The notes under the pieces were generated by a model. It had not been told where the DNA came from, made no database searches, and worked only from the letters and a program-made list of their open reading frames with translations. Positions 24,778-38,791 of a DNA stretch of 64,000 nt are shown one piece after another (the first letter of the stretch is position 1; every line of letters starts with the position of its first letter). The position numbers were made by a program, and so were the translations under genes. Location: positions 5,954,001 to 6,018,000 of the forward strand of contig CM075990.1 in the NCBI GenBank assembly GCA_038087875.1, written 5' to 3'. This stretch comes from Malacoraja senta. Its lineage: Eukaryota.

Positions 24778-27700
24778 TTTAGTTCCAGGATTTGTCTTCT
24801 TCTCTTGACTGTACCTACAATAATGAATCAGTGTTTTCTATCTGTGCTAAGGTTTTAGCCGTCTGCGATTAGCTTTGTGTTTGAAAAAGCTTATTAATAC
24901 CATCCAGTTCCCTCCCCTCTGTAATTGATCTTGTAACTATGTGTCTGTGTGCACATCTGCAGTATTCTCGATCAGAAAAAAGCCGGTACATCCGCGTTTT
25001 GCTAAGGCAGCAAAAAAACACACACAACTGGTGTAACACTTTGAAAGTCCCAAGGAAACAAGACAACTTTCAGAACTGCAGACTGAGAATTAGTTTTGGA
25101 AATGAAGAAACAAACCCAGTGACAAAAGGGATAAAGAAACACATGTGTCGTCTTCATTTAAAATATATACTGAATGTGTATAAGAAGTTGTATAAGAAAC
25201 AATAGTTCAATAGTGCTTTCAACGCAATTTATTTTCAATATTGTGATCAAAACTAATGTTTTAATTCAATTTTATTAACACCACAGTTATTAATCCGGTA
25301 TGCTTGGGACTTTGGCGGGACTGGACGAGCAAACTTTCTGAACTATATATTATTATGTTAATATTCCAACGCAGTTTAATTTGACGAGTTGTATAGTAGA
25401 ATCATACATTTTCTAGTGACCGGTAAGTTTCTGGGGAGCATGGGGAACAGTACCTAGTGAGTTAGTTCTAAGCAAAGATACGGTTCTAAGAGACTGCGAG
25501 ATCTGGAGCCTCGTTGAATGAAAGCGAACCTTTGATGAACTATTTATCACTGTCAAACTGAATATGAGATTCTGTCATTGTTTTATTTCTATCAATACAA
25601 GTTATGGGTTAAGATTTCATTTCTGCAGAGTTAATCTTGCATGGTGAAAACAACCGGTCAAATCTTCCTGTTGCTCACAGCATTGAATTAATGATTCCCT
25701 ACAACTGAGTAGTGGTTTGTATCTTATGGAATAGGAAGGAAATTATAAAGATCAAGGCATAAGATCTAACATATACTGTAGCTAGGTGGAATTCATCAAG
25801 AAAATATTTTCTATCAATAAGGTATTACACATGCAGCACTATTGATGTTCTTTTATAGTCTGGAGCTGAAAGATTAAAATTTCAATGTGATTGATTTTCA
25901 TGGGTTAATTATAAACAACGTTGATGGTCTCTAGGCATGGATTGAAATCTCCTTTTCTGCTTATCATGCAATTCTGAAGAATGTAACAATTACACACAAT
26001 ACCTGCATTCGAAAACAAAGATGTGCCAAACTACCATCTGCCAAGAGTATTCTGACCCAGTGCTCAAAAGCCAAATAAAGCATGTGAACAATCCTACAGT
26101 ACATTCAACTTTACTCTGACTATTTTTCTAAAGCATTGAAGGATTAGGCAGGGTATTTATTTGCGAACTGCAGTGGCTAACTAGTTAGTGGTTTATACAC
26201 TCTGATATGCTCATTTGTAATCGAAATTACTGGTTATTTCAAAATTTACAATTGGGTAATTCAAAATGCCATCATTACATTAATCAAAAATAACTACAGT
26301 TCCAAAAGTGATTGTTGTCACATCTACAAATAAATTACTTTAAAATGTAACAATATAGCCTATGTTCTTACAGAGGAGTAGTGAAGATGTAGTGTATTAA
26401 TAGTATGTGAATAAAGTTCAGCAACTTAATAAATTAACTTGCAATGAAATCTGATAGTTAGATAATTGCCCAAGCTATTTTGCAATTTGAGATTACTGAT
26501 CATATTCACTCATTTAATACTGTTGGGGACACCTGGAACTTGACTACATCATTATATTTATGCAAGTATAAAAGATGTAAAATACTTAACATCTCACAGA
26601 AATTGTTAGCTCCTTATGTCTTTGGAGGAGCAGAGACTGCTCAAATCCCTGTGCACCTTCCATCCATGTACTTTCACCTTGTCCTGCAAGTGTGCACCTG
26701 GATCTCTCTGTACATCAGCATTCTAAGGTCTCACTGCATTTAATATTATGCTTTCCAATCTTCCTCCCAAATAGATAACCTCACAATTCCCCAATTATAC
26801 CACATGTGGCAAGTTTTTGCCCACTTGCTTATTTCCTTTGTAGGTTCTTCATATTCCCCTCATGACACGCTTTTCTATGTATCTTTGCATTTTCAGAATA
26901 TCTGACCAATACAGTCAGTCTTTTCGCACATCCTTAATATAGGTAGTAATTAGTTTAAGTCCAGCACTAATTTATGCAACACCTCATGTTGCATCTTACC
27001 TATATGAAGATAACCATTTGATCCCAATTCTGTTTTCATTCAATTATCTAACTCTCTATCCATGCTATTTATGCAAGTGTATGCTTACCAGTAGAAAGGT
27101 TACTAAACACCAAGGGCAATTTGTTGTCTGATTGCTTCCTTGGTGATAATTCTAAATAGTCTCCTGTTATTGATTCTTCAACAATATCCGGCATTATTCT
27201 TAAGCGAATTATGATGATGGTCTAAAAATTCATGTGCACCACCTATTAAATTCCTTTCAAGTATGCGGTTAGTCAATACAAATAATCAGTTAGACCCTGT
27301 TTGGGCTGGCTATTTCTGATCAAACTGCATTTATAAATGTTCCTTTATTTTAGCCTGAAGTGTGAAAATTAAGCATTAATATATATCTTACAAAATAACT
27401 GGTCAGTAATAGCCCATTTCCTCAGTCTTGAATAAACTTTATTAAACCATAAGTTCATAATTTTTTGGGGGTTATGGGGGGAAGGCAGGAGAATGGGGTT
27501 AGGAGGGAGAGATAGATCAGCCATGATTGAATGGCTGAGTAGACTTGATGGGACGAATGGCCTAATTCTGCTCCTATCACCTATGAACTTATGAACTACC
27601 AGTGCCTCCTCTCGAGGCAAGGTTGAACTACAGGGAAAAGCCCAAGATTAGCACACCTCTTCCTTCGAAGACCAGGACTGAGCTGCCGGGGGAAGCCCAA

Positions 27701-30054
27701 CATCGCCAGAGCCTCAGCACATGTGCCCTGTACTCCAGGAACAGCGCCCCCATGAGGTCTTAGACTTTCTTATCACTATAAATAAAATATATGTGAGTAC
27801 ACCCTACTGTGAGTGCTGGTGAGGTCACTTTTAACCTAACTATTGGGAGAGAAGCACAAGGGATCATTTGGAAGTAGGGTTGTCAACATTAAGGGACATG
27901 TTGTTGTGAATGAGATCACAATAAGCTTGGTCTAACTGAGGTTTTGGAGCGGCAGAGAATCTGTTGGGCAACACTGTCTCCTAAAATTGTGGAAACTATA
28001 TGACCTAAGTGAAAGAGGGAAGTAAAAAATGAAAATAAAATTTGTCAGTTACCAATTTCTGAAATCTGACTATTTTTTGGAAGAATTTCAGTTTATTACT
28101 ATTACATTCAAATGGTATCTAAATGCAACGTTTCAGCCATTCAATAAAAATATCAACATTTTTTTTTGAGTATTAGCTCTTCAATCCTTTTTCTCAGAAG
28201 ACAAACATTTCCTGTTCCCCTAATGTGTGGGAAGGAACCGCAGAATGCTGGTTTACACCAAAGATAGACACAAAATGCTGGAGTAACTCAGTGGGACAGG
28301 CAGCATCTCTGGAGAGAAGGAATGGGTGATGTTTCGGGGCGAAAGAATCTGAAACATCACCCATTCTTTTTCTCCAGAGATGACTTAAGTCCGGTGATCA
28401 GACACATTTCCTGCCTTAGATAAAACAATGTTGTATTCTGAGTGTCAAAGGCAATGGAGCAAGTATGAGGATCCATGCCTGACACAGGCTTGATGTTAAG
28501 GACCCAATCCTGATATTGGACCCAAGGATTCAGGCCTGACATCAGCTGGACCCTGAGGCCTAATCAGCAAAGGACGTTGGCTCTAGCTGGGATGAATATT
28601 GTCTGAACCCCAAGCACCTCAACCCTAGACTAATGGCAAATGGTTCAACCTATGGAGATACACACCGGAATTAAAGTAATCCAAACTGCGACGGTTGAAA
28701 TGATGATGGCTCCATTTACACATGCCCAGAGGCTAAACTCCAGGACAGTATCAACTGAAGCATGCAAGAGGATGAGCTTATGTTCAATGCAAACAAGACC
28801 AAAGTCCTTTATTGACCTGCCCCACTGCACCTCAAACGATAAAGATTCTCAATGAGAAAATGTAAACTGCGTCCCTTATCTCACGAGCCCACTCTCAGTA
28901 ATGTCAGATATTGATGATAACATTTACCATACCTTTAATGCACAAACGCAACCCTGGGTCAATTGAGGAGAATGTTTTTTTTAAGGTCAAGAACCCATAC
29001 CTGGCACACAACTTGTGGTCAAATGGGCAGCAGTGATCTCTGTGATCTCTGTCTTCATTTATCCCTCTGATTTCTGGACTACCTACTGCAAGTATCTCAA
29101 TGCACTAGAAAAAATACTATCAATGCTCTCTTGGTGGTGGGGTGGTGGAATTGTCCAGGTTGAAATCCTGCATCAGGACAAAGCGTAGAGAGAGAGAGAA
29201 GGCATATAGTGTAAAGAGAAAAGTAGTGAGATAATGGGTTCGGAAATCTGCCAACTTTGTGACAATTTTGTTAACCTTTTGTTAACCTTTCATAAGCTTA
29301 ACTTTTCATGCTATCAGACAAATGAAATCTTTCTCGCTCTGCTCTTGATCTTATTAGGAATTGGAATGAATGTTTCTCATTTCATGTGCTAACACCAAAT
29401 TCAACCTCCAACATGATGTCTGCAATCCCATAGAATATTTCAGAAACATTTCAGAAGTCATAAATTCAAAATATTTTTTTTTTTAAGTACACACAATGCA
29501 ATCATACAACGTTTTACAAATATTTGTTAACATCTAGGTACATATTGATCACAGAATTACAAAAGTGACATTTACCAGCTATTAGGAATAGAAAAATTGA
29601 ATTTTAATACAGTGTATAGAAAAAACACAAAGGAAAAACATACATTTGTAGTTGCTTTTCTGTGAACATTAATATATATCCTAAATTTCATTGTCGGGAA
29701 AAGTGGTATCCAATTTGTGAACATTAATGTTAATTTCCTAATGTCAAATTGTTTAATAAAAAAATAATTCTTTATGTCTCTTGTATTACACAAAATTTAT
29801 TGAGATTAGGAATGAATAAATCTTTTTTTATTTTGGGGATAATGACGATTATTATCAATTCAATGAAACTGATGGACATCAATTTTCTGGGCACCTGTAC
29901 AAATCAAATACAATCTATGACATTAATCTGAAATAGAATGCCCAATAAGCAAATGTATACTTTGCAATAAATGCAGATTGATTTACAATATTAATCATTG
30001 AAACGTTGGAAATATTTCCTTATTTCTGCTGTAATATTTATAACCTGAATGTCT

Positions 30055-30350
30055 TTTATTTTAGTTTAGAGATACACCAGGGAAACAGGCCCTTCGGCCC
30101 ACCAAGTTCAAGCCGACCAATGATCCCAGCACACTAACACTATCCTACACACACCAGGGACAATTTACAATTATATCAAGCCAATTAACCTACAAACCTA
30201 CAATATGTCTTTGGAGTGTGGGATGAAATCGGAGCACCCGGAGGAAACCCACGCAGGTCACGGGGAGAAAGTACAAAGTCCGTACAGACAGCATCCGTGA
30301 TCAGGATCGAACCCGGGTCTCTGGCGCCATAAGGCAGCAACTCTACTGCT
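30055..30350 (-). mobile_element. tRNA-derived SINE (HE1/V-SINE-like), in the probable TBATA 3'UTR
   Basis: Box B gggttcgatcc, V core and ctaaa tail. Confidence 0.8.
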
Positions 30351-30512
30351 TATGTAATGAGATCTGCTAAATTTATCTGAAAACTGACAACTGCATCTTT
30401 ACAAATATTAGTAATATAATCAAAACATCGTTTTATCATGTTACATTTTCAAGATGTTTCTATTCAGACCAATCATTAATATAAATCAATTCTTCACTTT
30501 TCTTGAATAGCT

Positions 30513-30625
30513 TCATTTTGATTCAGGATTCTTGCATTGTTCTGAGACTTCCTGTCTTCCATTACCTGGTGTCTCAGGACTCTTGCTTCTTTGAATCAGA
30601 AGAACTTCTGCACTTCCTATGTGAT
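30513..30625 (-). CDS. TBATA: TBATA last coding exon ((D)HIGSAEVLLIQRSKSPETP...NPESK*)
   Basis: Acceptor ttctctccag|, stop TGA. Matches human PEYIGEAQVLQMH. An AT-rich putative 3'UTR follows. Confidence 0.88.
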
Positions 30626-31089
30626 CTGGAGAGAAGAAATATAAGTATATTAAGAGCAAAAGGATAAGCAGGGAGAGATTAGGTCTCTTTAAGGATTCAA
30701 TGTGGTCATCTATGTGTGGAGCCACGGGAAATTGGCAAGAACTTGTCTCATCTGTCTTTACCATGGAGAAGGTTTTAAAAGCCAAGGAAGCCAATTCCAC
30801 TTCGATGCAGAGAATGAACAAAAGATTGCTCAGGAGGGGTGAGGGAATATGTTGATAAATTACACAATCATCAGATGGAAAATAATTTATTATTCACGAG
30901 CAAATGAGAGTTTTGTTACGTTAATAAAATGAAATGCTGCAGGAACAATATTTGTTGGCTTTGGGAGCATCGTTTCACACATTTTTGGGCGCCATTTTAA
31001 CTCTGGATCCAGCTGACAAAGTTCATCGAGTAAACTATTAACAACAAAGCATTTCTGAAGAATGACCATGATATCAGAATTAAGAATCA

Positions 31090-31380
31090 GATTTAAGAAT
31101 AAGGGGTAGGCCATTTAGGACTGAGATGAGGAAAAATGGCTTCACCCAAAGAGTTGTGAATCTGTGGAATTATCTGCCACAGAAGGCAGTGGAGGCCAAT
31201 TCACTGGATGTTTTCAAGAGAGATTTAGATTTAGCTCTTAGGACTAAAGGAATCAAGGGATATGGGGAAAAAGCAGGAATGGGGTACTGATTTTAGATCA
31301 GCCATTATCATATTGAATGGCGGTGCTGGCTCAAAGGGCCGAATGGCCTACTCCTGCACCTATTTTCTATGTTTCTATCA
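31090..31380 (+). mobile_element. CR1 3' end (further copies at about 4860-5030, 38115-38530, 53162-53375 (-), 16190-16545 and 20655-20920)
   Basis: aagaataaggggtaggccattt..gggccgaatggcctactcctgcacct and a tttctatg tail. Confidence 0.85.
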
Positions 31381-32784
31381 GGGTCAGCGTGAACATGTGC
31401 AGTTTTCACCGATGACACCGAATGTCATTCTTATTTATCAGCATTAACATGAGCAAACAATGTCTATTTACTTAAAGGCTCATGAGAAACAAGAGCTGAT
31501 ATGATTAACTGACCAAGACTGGAATGGGCAGTTGGCCCAGATGAGATGGATCATTAGGTAAGTTTGACACAACTTGCCAGCCAGACTTGGCGTAGGTCAT
31601 TTCTGTCTCTAGATGATATAAAGTGCCCTAGGCCCAACCACTTCATTAATGACATTCACTATATTTTAACAAAATAAGTGCAATATAATTGCACAATATT
31701 CACTTTTATTCACACACGTGGTTAGAAGGAAGGAACTGCAGATGCTAGTTTAAGCCAAAGGTAGACACAAAGTGCTGGAGTAACTCAGCGGGACAGGCAG
31801 CATCTCTGGAGAGAAGGAATGGGTGACCTTTCGGGTCGAGCCCCTTCTTCAGTGCTGTATTCCATGTTCTATGTAACATACTTCATGCAATAGAGCAATG
31901 TATCAGCAGAAGGTTGTGATTTTGTAATGAAAATGTTGCCCTACTGCAGGTTATCTGTGATCAACGTATTTGACATGTGAATCACTCTGAGGCACTCAGA
32001 TTGCTAGATCACTTTGCTGACATCTGCGATTTCAGAAGGAATAAGATGCTGGAATAGATGCTGGAATAGATGATTTGGAAACAGGACCTTCGGCCCATCG
32101 AGTCCAGGCCGACTAGTGATCGATCACCCAGTACACTAGCACCATTCTACACACTAGGAATTATCTAGAATTTTACATAAGCCAATTAACCTGGACAGGT
32201 TTGGAGGGATATGGGCCAAATGCAGGAAGGTGGGACTAGTGTAGCTGGGACATGTTGGCCAGTTTGGGCAGGTTGGGCCGAAGGGCCTGTTTCCACACTG
32301 TATGACTATGAATTACCTCCCCATATATTACAACATGGTAAAATGGCAAGTAAATTGAACAGATTGTTTTAATCTCGTATTGCACTTGAAAAATGTTATG
32401 TTTTCTCCCCCTCATCCAGTTCGGTCTTGTAAATAAATCTACCCATTTTATCATATCTTTCACGGTGTTCAGTGCCTCTCTTGTCATGATTTGGTGATAT
32501 GAATGCATGGATCAGTACAAAGGAGAATGCCCAGAAATGTGCTCTGGGCTCAGCCTTTATAGTGGAAGAGAATACGAATCAGATTTCAAAGATCTACCAG
32601 GACGAAACAGAAAAAGATGTGAAAGCTGAAATAATAGCAAATATAAAGACCTCATATTATGCAGGGCACAGTTTGACCTGCAGTAAGTCCATATACCACA
32701 CTACTATGAGATCAGAAAGTTGACAATTTGATCCTGCATAAAGAAATTCTGCAATTTTACTTATTAAATTGTTGAAAGCTCATT

Positions 32785-33090
32785 TTAGTTTAGTTTAGTT
32801 TAGAGATACAGCACGGAAACAGGCCCTGCAGCCCACTGAGACCGCACCGACCAGCGATCCCCACACATTAACACCATCCTACACATACTAGGGACAGTTT
32901 ACACTTATACCAAGCCAATCAATCTACAAACCTGTGCATCTTTGGAGTGTGGGAGGAAACCAAAAGATCTCGGAGAAAATCCACATAGGTCGCGGGGAGA
33001 ACGTACAAACTCGTACAGACAGCACCTGTAGTCAGGATCGAACCCGGGTCTCCGGCTCTGTACGGCAGCAACTCTACCGCTGAGCCACGT
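32785..33090 (-). mobile_element. tRNA-derived SINE (HE1/V-SINE-like)
   Basis: A/B boxes, core and (ctaaa)n tail. Further partial copies at about 5470-5580, 38888-39085 and 53620-53930 (+). Confidence 0.85.
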
Positions 33091-33113
33091 TAAGTCTGAG
33101 AAGCTTCACTTAC

Positions 33114-33160
33114 CTGGTTGGTCTTCTTCAATATTTTCAGGCTTCTTTTTGAGATAATAC
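33114..33160 (-). CDS. TBATA: TBATA coding exon 7 ((R)YYLKKKPENIEEDQP)
   Basis: Acceptor cttttgcag|, donor CAG|gtaagt, 47 bp, phase 2 to 1. Bridges exons 6 and 8 in frame. Confidence 0.85.
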
Positions 33161-34315
33161 CTGCAAAAGCGTTACACAATTTAAAAAAATCACATTAGAA
33201 GAAGCAATAAAGACTACATTTTGATAGCATTATTGTCCAGCATTTGTTGCAGGAGAAATTCAATCCTCTTAGAATATTATCACTCATTAACTTTGTTTAC
33301 ATTGTCAAGAGCTTTTAATTGTCATACGTACAATTAAATTCTTATTTGCAGCAGCTTAACAGGTCCATCAACATGATAATACACAAATAAATATATAATA
33401 ATTCAATAATAAAATTAATTAAAATAGTAATGCAAGGTAACCATAATAGCGCAACCAAAACACAGTTCATGGAAAATCATAATTGCTGAGGCGGTGGTTA
33501 GTATTGATCAGTATCAAGAGTCTGCTGGTTGCTAGGAAGAAGCTGTTTTTAAACCTGGTGGTCATGGTTATTTGTCTCCTGTACACCCTTCCTGTTGGTC
33601 ATAGTGAAACGAGAGCCTGGTGTGGGTCTGATGATATTGGCTGTCCTTTTGAAGCAGCGCCTCCTTTAGATCCCTTTGATGGTGAGGAGATCAGTACCTG
33701 TGATGCACTGGGCAATTCTTTCACTCCTGTAGCCTCATTCATTCCCGGGTGTTCGCATTACCGAACCAGGTCATGATGCAACCAACCGATGAGGAATTTG
33801 ATGATCCAATTACATTGGAATAAGCAGAGACCCTGTTGTCTAAGTTTGATAGGTTTGGATGGGACGATGGTGTTGAATGCCGCACTATAGTCGATGAACA
33901 ACAGCTTGGTGTATGTGTTCTACTGCCCAAGTGACAACACTGACAACAGGGTGAGCTCATAAAATGAATCTTAAACACAGTAAATCTTGGGCAGAGCACT
34001 CGTCGGGAATTCGCAAGTGTGGGAATTTGGTATTGAGAATGCTTATTGCCTTCAATACTTTCCTCCCTATACTTGTTCCAGGGAACTCTGAGTCAGGAAA
34101 TACAAAGTTACGGGGTGGGTTCAGAAATTACTACAAGCAGATTTGAAGTAAATCCCGAGTTAAAATTTGTACGTATGATTTTTATGGCATGAAAATATCA
34201 TTCAGTTGTCAGGTTTATATTGCATGCAATCAATGCAGTCTATTCAGTGTGTCTATACACACACCGCTTATTTTTTCTCATTTTTATATTGTTTACAGTG
34301 TACTATGTTTACATC

Positions 34316-34446
34316 AGTCTGAAGAAGGGTCCCGACCCGAAACGTCGCCCATTCTTTCTCTCCAGAGATGCTGCCTCACCTGCTAAATTACTCCAGCATT
34401 TTGTGTCCACCTTCGATTTAAACCAGCATCTGCAGTTCTTTCTTAC
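34316..34446 (+). ncRNA. Penelope-type 3'-end repeat with an intact minimal hammerhead ribozyme core (34319-34346)
   Basis: CTGAAGA-A-GGGT(CCCG)ACCC-GAAAC-GTC gives the CUGANGA box, helix II, GAAA box, palindromic ACGU helix III and GUC cleavage triplet. Helix I is weak by eye. Confidence 0.65.
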
Positions 34447-35309
34447 AATTGTTTACATATTCTGTTGTGCTGCTGCAAGTAAGAATTTCATTGTTCTATC
34501 TGGGACATCTGACAATAAAACACTCTTGACGACTATTCCTTCCATTGCATTAAGTCTAATGTGCATCCATGAAAATTAATTCAACAATTCAGAAATTTAA
34601 TTGTTGAAACAATGCAGATTTTCTCCAGTCCTTAAGTAAGTAATTCACTCAAGAATGCATTAACTCACAGCTACTAGATGCATAACACGCAAGGATAAAT
34701 TTATATATTTTTCTAAAATATTAAAATAAAAGCATAAGAGAAAACAAGCATAATTGACCAGAAATTCATTCCCAGTCAGTAGGGCTAATTTTGGTACATG
34801 GTATGGGTTGTACTATGCATTAGCACTAGCCACATTAGATAAGGTTATTTGCTGTCATGGATTATCTTATTACCCAAGAGAACAATTTTAAGTTGTTTCA
34901 ATTAAAGTAATTCACACTGCTCTACACATTTTAAATCCAACTACACATAATGCAACATCAATAAGATATAATACGTGAACAAAGCATAAAGCAGGATGAG
35001 TATCAGTACATGTAAGGACACAAAGTGCTGAGTAACACAGCGGGTCAGGCAGCATCTCTGGAGGACATGAATAGGTGACGTTTTCGGTGAGGACCTGAAA
35101 CATCACCTATCCTTGTTCTCCACAAATGCTGCCTGACTCACTGAGTTACTCCAGCGCTCTGCATCCTTTTGTGTAAACCAGCATCTGTAATTCCTTGTTT
35201 CTATATCAGTACATGTAATTCTGCTACATAATGAAAAGAAAATTGATTACAAAATGTGATTGAACAGTTTTTTAATTAGTTACAGATCTTAGATGAATGC
35301 TCATTTTAC

Positions 35310-35475
35310 CTCTTATGTCTTTTCCTAGTCGAAGTTGACCTTCTTGGGATGGGGGCTGTAGAAATGTTATCTGTTTGGGGTATCAGTTGTTCTTCTGTAA
35401 TTTCAGCGCTTTGCTGATAATCAGGGTAACTGCTTCCAAGAACCGACTGAACCATTCCCAGTACAAACTCTTTCT
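35310..35475 (-). CDS. TBATA: TBATA coding exon 6 ((E)KEFVLGMVQSVLGSS...RRSTSTRKRHK)
   Basis: Acceptor tatttacag|, donor AG|gtaaaa, 166 bp, phase 1 to 2. Matches EKDLALGLLQ. Confidence 0.88.
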
Positions 35476-37044
35476 CTGTAAATAAATACTGCTGATAGAA
35501 TCTTAGATTTCATACACAAGCAAATACTAGTGAAAATTAGCTTTATTTTGGAACAGTGCCAAAGACAATTAATTGCAGAGTATCCATCACACAGACCAGG
35601 CTCCCCACCATTGACCCAATCTACATTTCATGCTGCCTCATAAAAGGAGCCAACTTAATCAAACATCCACACAAAATGCTGGAGTTTCGGCTTGAGACCC
35701 TTCTTCAGGATCTCGATCCGAAACGTCATCTATTCCTTCTCTCCAGAGATGCTGCCTGTCCCGCTGAGTTACTCCAGCATTTTGTGTCTATCTTCGATGT
35801 AAATCAGCATCTGCAGTTCTTTCTTAAGTATAATCGAATACTTGTCCCACCCTGGTCAATCCTTCTTCTCCCTGCTCCCGTCAGGCAAATGATACAGAAA
35901 CTTAAAAGCATGCTCAACTAGACAGTCTTCTTTCCCTCTGTTATTGGACTCTGAACGACACTTCCATAAGCTAGGGTACTGTCCAACTAAACCCTACCCC
36001 ACTGCGGATATTGGACTTTGTCTATGGAACATGCACTGCAATCCTGAGAACTTTACTCTGCAAATTATATCTTTTCCTTTGCTCTACGTATTGTACTTGA
36101 GTTTGATTTGATTGCATTTATGTTTAGTATTATCTGATCTGTTTGGATAGCATGCAAACTAAGTATTTCAATGTACCTTGGTACACCTGACAAGAATAAA
36201 CCTCAACTAAATGATTGTTCTCTCAAATGTCCCAAAATTCATTGTGCTGTAAAGATAATTGAGATCAGTGGGGACGTGTAAGTAAGGCAAGATCGCTGTG
36301 GGAGTCCAACTTCTTAAGTGATTTGCCTTTTTAGCTAAAGCTTTTTATAATGCAGTGTTGGACCACATGGCAGATATTCCACTTGCCCCTTTAGATGTTT
36401 TGCAAGCTCCTGAACCTCCCTGTGAGTATTTTGATAGACTCATTCAAACCTTAAATGGCTGAGTTCGATCTTAAACCCCTGAATTTAATAGGGTAAGTTA
36501 CCTCCCCAAGGTGATCGATCCCGGATTATTTTATTCTCTGTTTATTAGTTGTTGCGACATGATTTACATCCCTGTGCCATAGTTTGGGCAATTAATTGAA
36601 TAATAAAAGTAAACTGAACAATGGGGCCTGAAAATGACCATGAATTTAATAACAGGTTTAATGTCATTAAGGGAAGGCAATCTTTTATCTCATACATGCC
36701 TTTACCTGATCTGTCTTATTTGTTTCTCTAGCAGTATGTTGAGTATTTGTGTATCAATGCCCTCTGAACACAACGATATTGGTAATGTATTACTTCTTTG
36801 TTAGTATTATTCACCATTAGAGCAAGTTATATAAAAAAGTATTCTAAACCACCAATAAATAGCATCAATCACATGATATTAAGGTAATACTTCTAACAAA
36901 ATTGTATGAGATTAAAGGATTTAGCTACAAAATGAAAGCAGTATAAAGGTTAACGCAGTTAGGGTTAATTGAAACTCCTGCTCCAGTGACAAGTTGAATG
37001 TTGTGTCCCCAGTTAATGATTCACAAAGGCCAAGATTTCCTCAC

Positions 37045-37126
37045 CTTTTTGCCCTGCACAAAGCAGCCACTGCTGGATGGCACAGAACGAGTCAGTTTGT
37101 AGAAGTTGGCAAAGCAATTCCAGAAC
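37045..37126 (-). CDS. TBATA: TBATA coding exon 5 (VLELLCQLLQTDSFCAIQQWLLCAGQK)
   Basis: 82 bp, donor G|gtgagg, acceptor ttccttctgag|. Matches VLELLCRILETDLLSAIQFWLL. Confidence 0.92.
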
Positions 37127-38644
37127 CTCAGAAGGAAAATAAAAATGGGGGTCAGGATGACAGTGATATCACCATGAGAGATAAGGATGATACTGGGAAT
37201 CGATTCTTGGCATGGTCTGCAACACAATTGGGAATTGCACCCAACCTCGTTGTATTGTGCCTCAAGAATGGTCGACCATCATTTGAGAAGTATGGGAAAG
37301 ACTGGAAGCCTTGTTTGTTACCGAAGTCAACCTGTGAAGGCATGCTGATAGAAGAGGGATAGCACGTACATGTGCACATGCCCATATAACAGCACGTGGC
37401 TGACGAGGGGCAAAAATGGACTAGAGATTACACTTACAAGATTTGGAATAAAGTATTTTTTAGCAATAGAGGTAATGAGGGAACAGGTACAGGACTATTG
37501 TGCAATAAGATAAACACAAAATGCTGGAGTAACTCAGCGGGACAGGCAGCATCTCTGGAGATAAGGAATGGGAGACATTTCAGGTCGAGACCCTTCTTTC
37601 CGAAACTTCACCCATTCCTTCTCTCTAGAGATGCTGCCTGTCCTGCTGAGTTACGGCAGCATTTTGTGTTTATCTTCAGTGTAAACCAGCATCTGCAGTT
37701 CCTTCCTGCACTAATGTGCAAAAGTCCCACTAGAGGTGACTGCAATTACAGTGATAAATTGACCATAATAATTTTAGATCTGGTTATTCATAATGGGAAA
37801 GATTGTTATTAAAGCAAAGAGTGAAAGTACTCAGCAGATTTGGCAGCATTTGTAAAAAGAGAATGAGAGTTAACATTTCAGGTTCATGAACTTTCATAAG
37901 AACTAGGAAAAGTTAGAAGTAATAAAAGTCATGTACATGAAACATTAACACCAAAACCACAGACAATGCCTAGCAATTTCCTACATTTTCTATTTGTATT
38001 TCATATATACTGCATGTGCATTAATTTATTTTATCCTTCTTCATTATTTAAATTATAAATTATGAAAAAAATGAATTATTTTTTTAACCTTTCTGTCTGA
38101 AAGGAATATAAAAGAATGGATCGACTCGGCTTTAATTCACTTGAATTTAGGATGAGAGGGCATCTTATTGAAACATATAACATTCTTAAGGGATTGGACA
38201 GGCTAGATGCATGAAAAATGTTGGGGAAAGTCCAGAACCAGAGGTCACAGTTTAAGAATAAGGGGTCGGCCATTTAGTACTGAGATGAGGAAAAAAAGAG
38301 TAGTGAATCTGTGGAATTCTCTGGCACAGAAGGCAGTGGAGGCCAATTCACTGGATGTTTTCTATAAAGAGATATAGCTCTTAGGGCGAATGGAATCAAG
38401 GGATATGGGGAGAAAACAGGAACAGGATTCTGATTTTGGATGATCAGGCTTGATCATATTGAATGGCAGTGCTGGCTCGAAGGGCTGAATGGCCTACTAC
38501 TGCTCCTATTTTCTATTTTTCTATGTTTCACCAGGGAAGAATTACGGGGGTGGGAAAATGAAGTGCATTTCCAGAGCTCACATTGGGTTTCTATGTTTCT
38601 ATAATATAAGTCAGATTTTGTTCCTTAAAAAAGTTTGGATTCAC

Positions 38645-38791
38645 CAGTAACTCCTTGTCCTGGAAGGGCCCATTGGGTTTATTTCTGTCCTGGGCACCAC
38701 TTCTGGAGGATCGGTGACTTAGAGCAGGAGTGCAGCTTGGCATTATGCGGCCAGTCTGTGCAGAATATTGAGTCGTTCGTCTTTCCTCCGT
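38645..38791 (-). CDS. TBATA: TBATA coding exon 4 (TEERRTTQYSAQTGRIMPS...PFQDKELL)
   Basis: Acceptor ttttgtcag|, donor CTG|gtgaat, 147 bp, phase 0-0. Matches KYSAETGRLIP..LQDQELL. Confidence 0.92.

Noticed and set aside
28640..28855. Overlapping short ORFs between TBATA and MTTP-like (possible TRMT10 remnant)
   Set aside because: No recognisable homology or convincing splice sites.
36994..37362. 122-aa plus-strand ORF
   Set aside because: Antisense shadow of TBATA exon 5 plus intron, with no recognisable motif.
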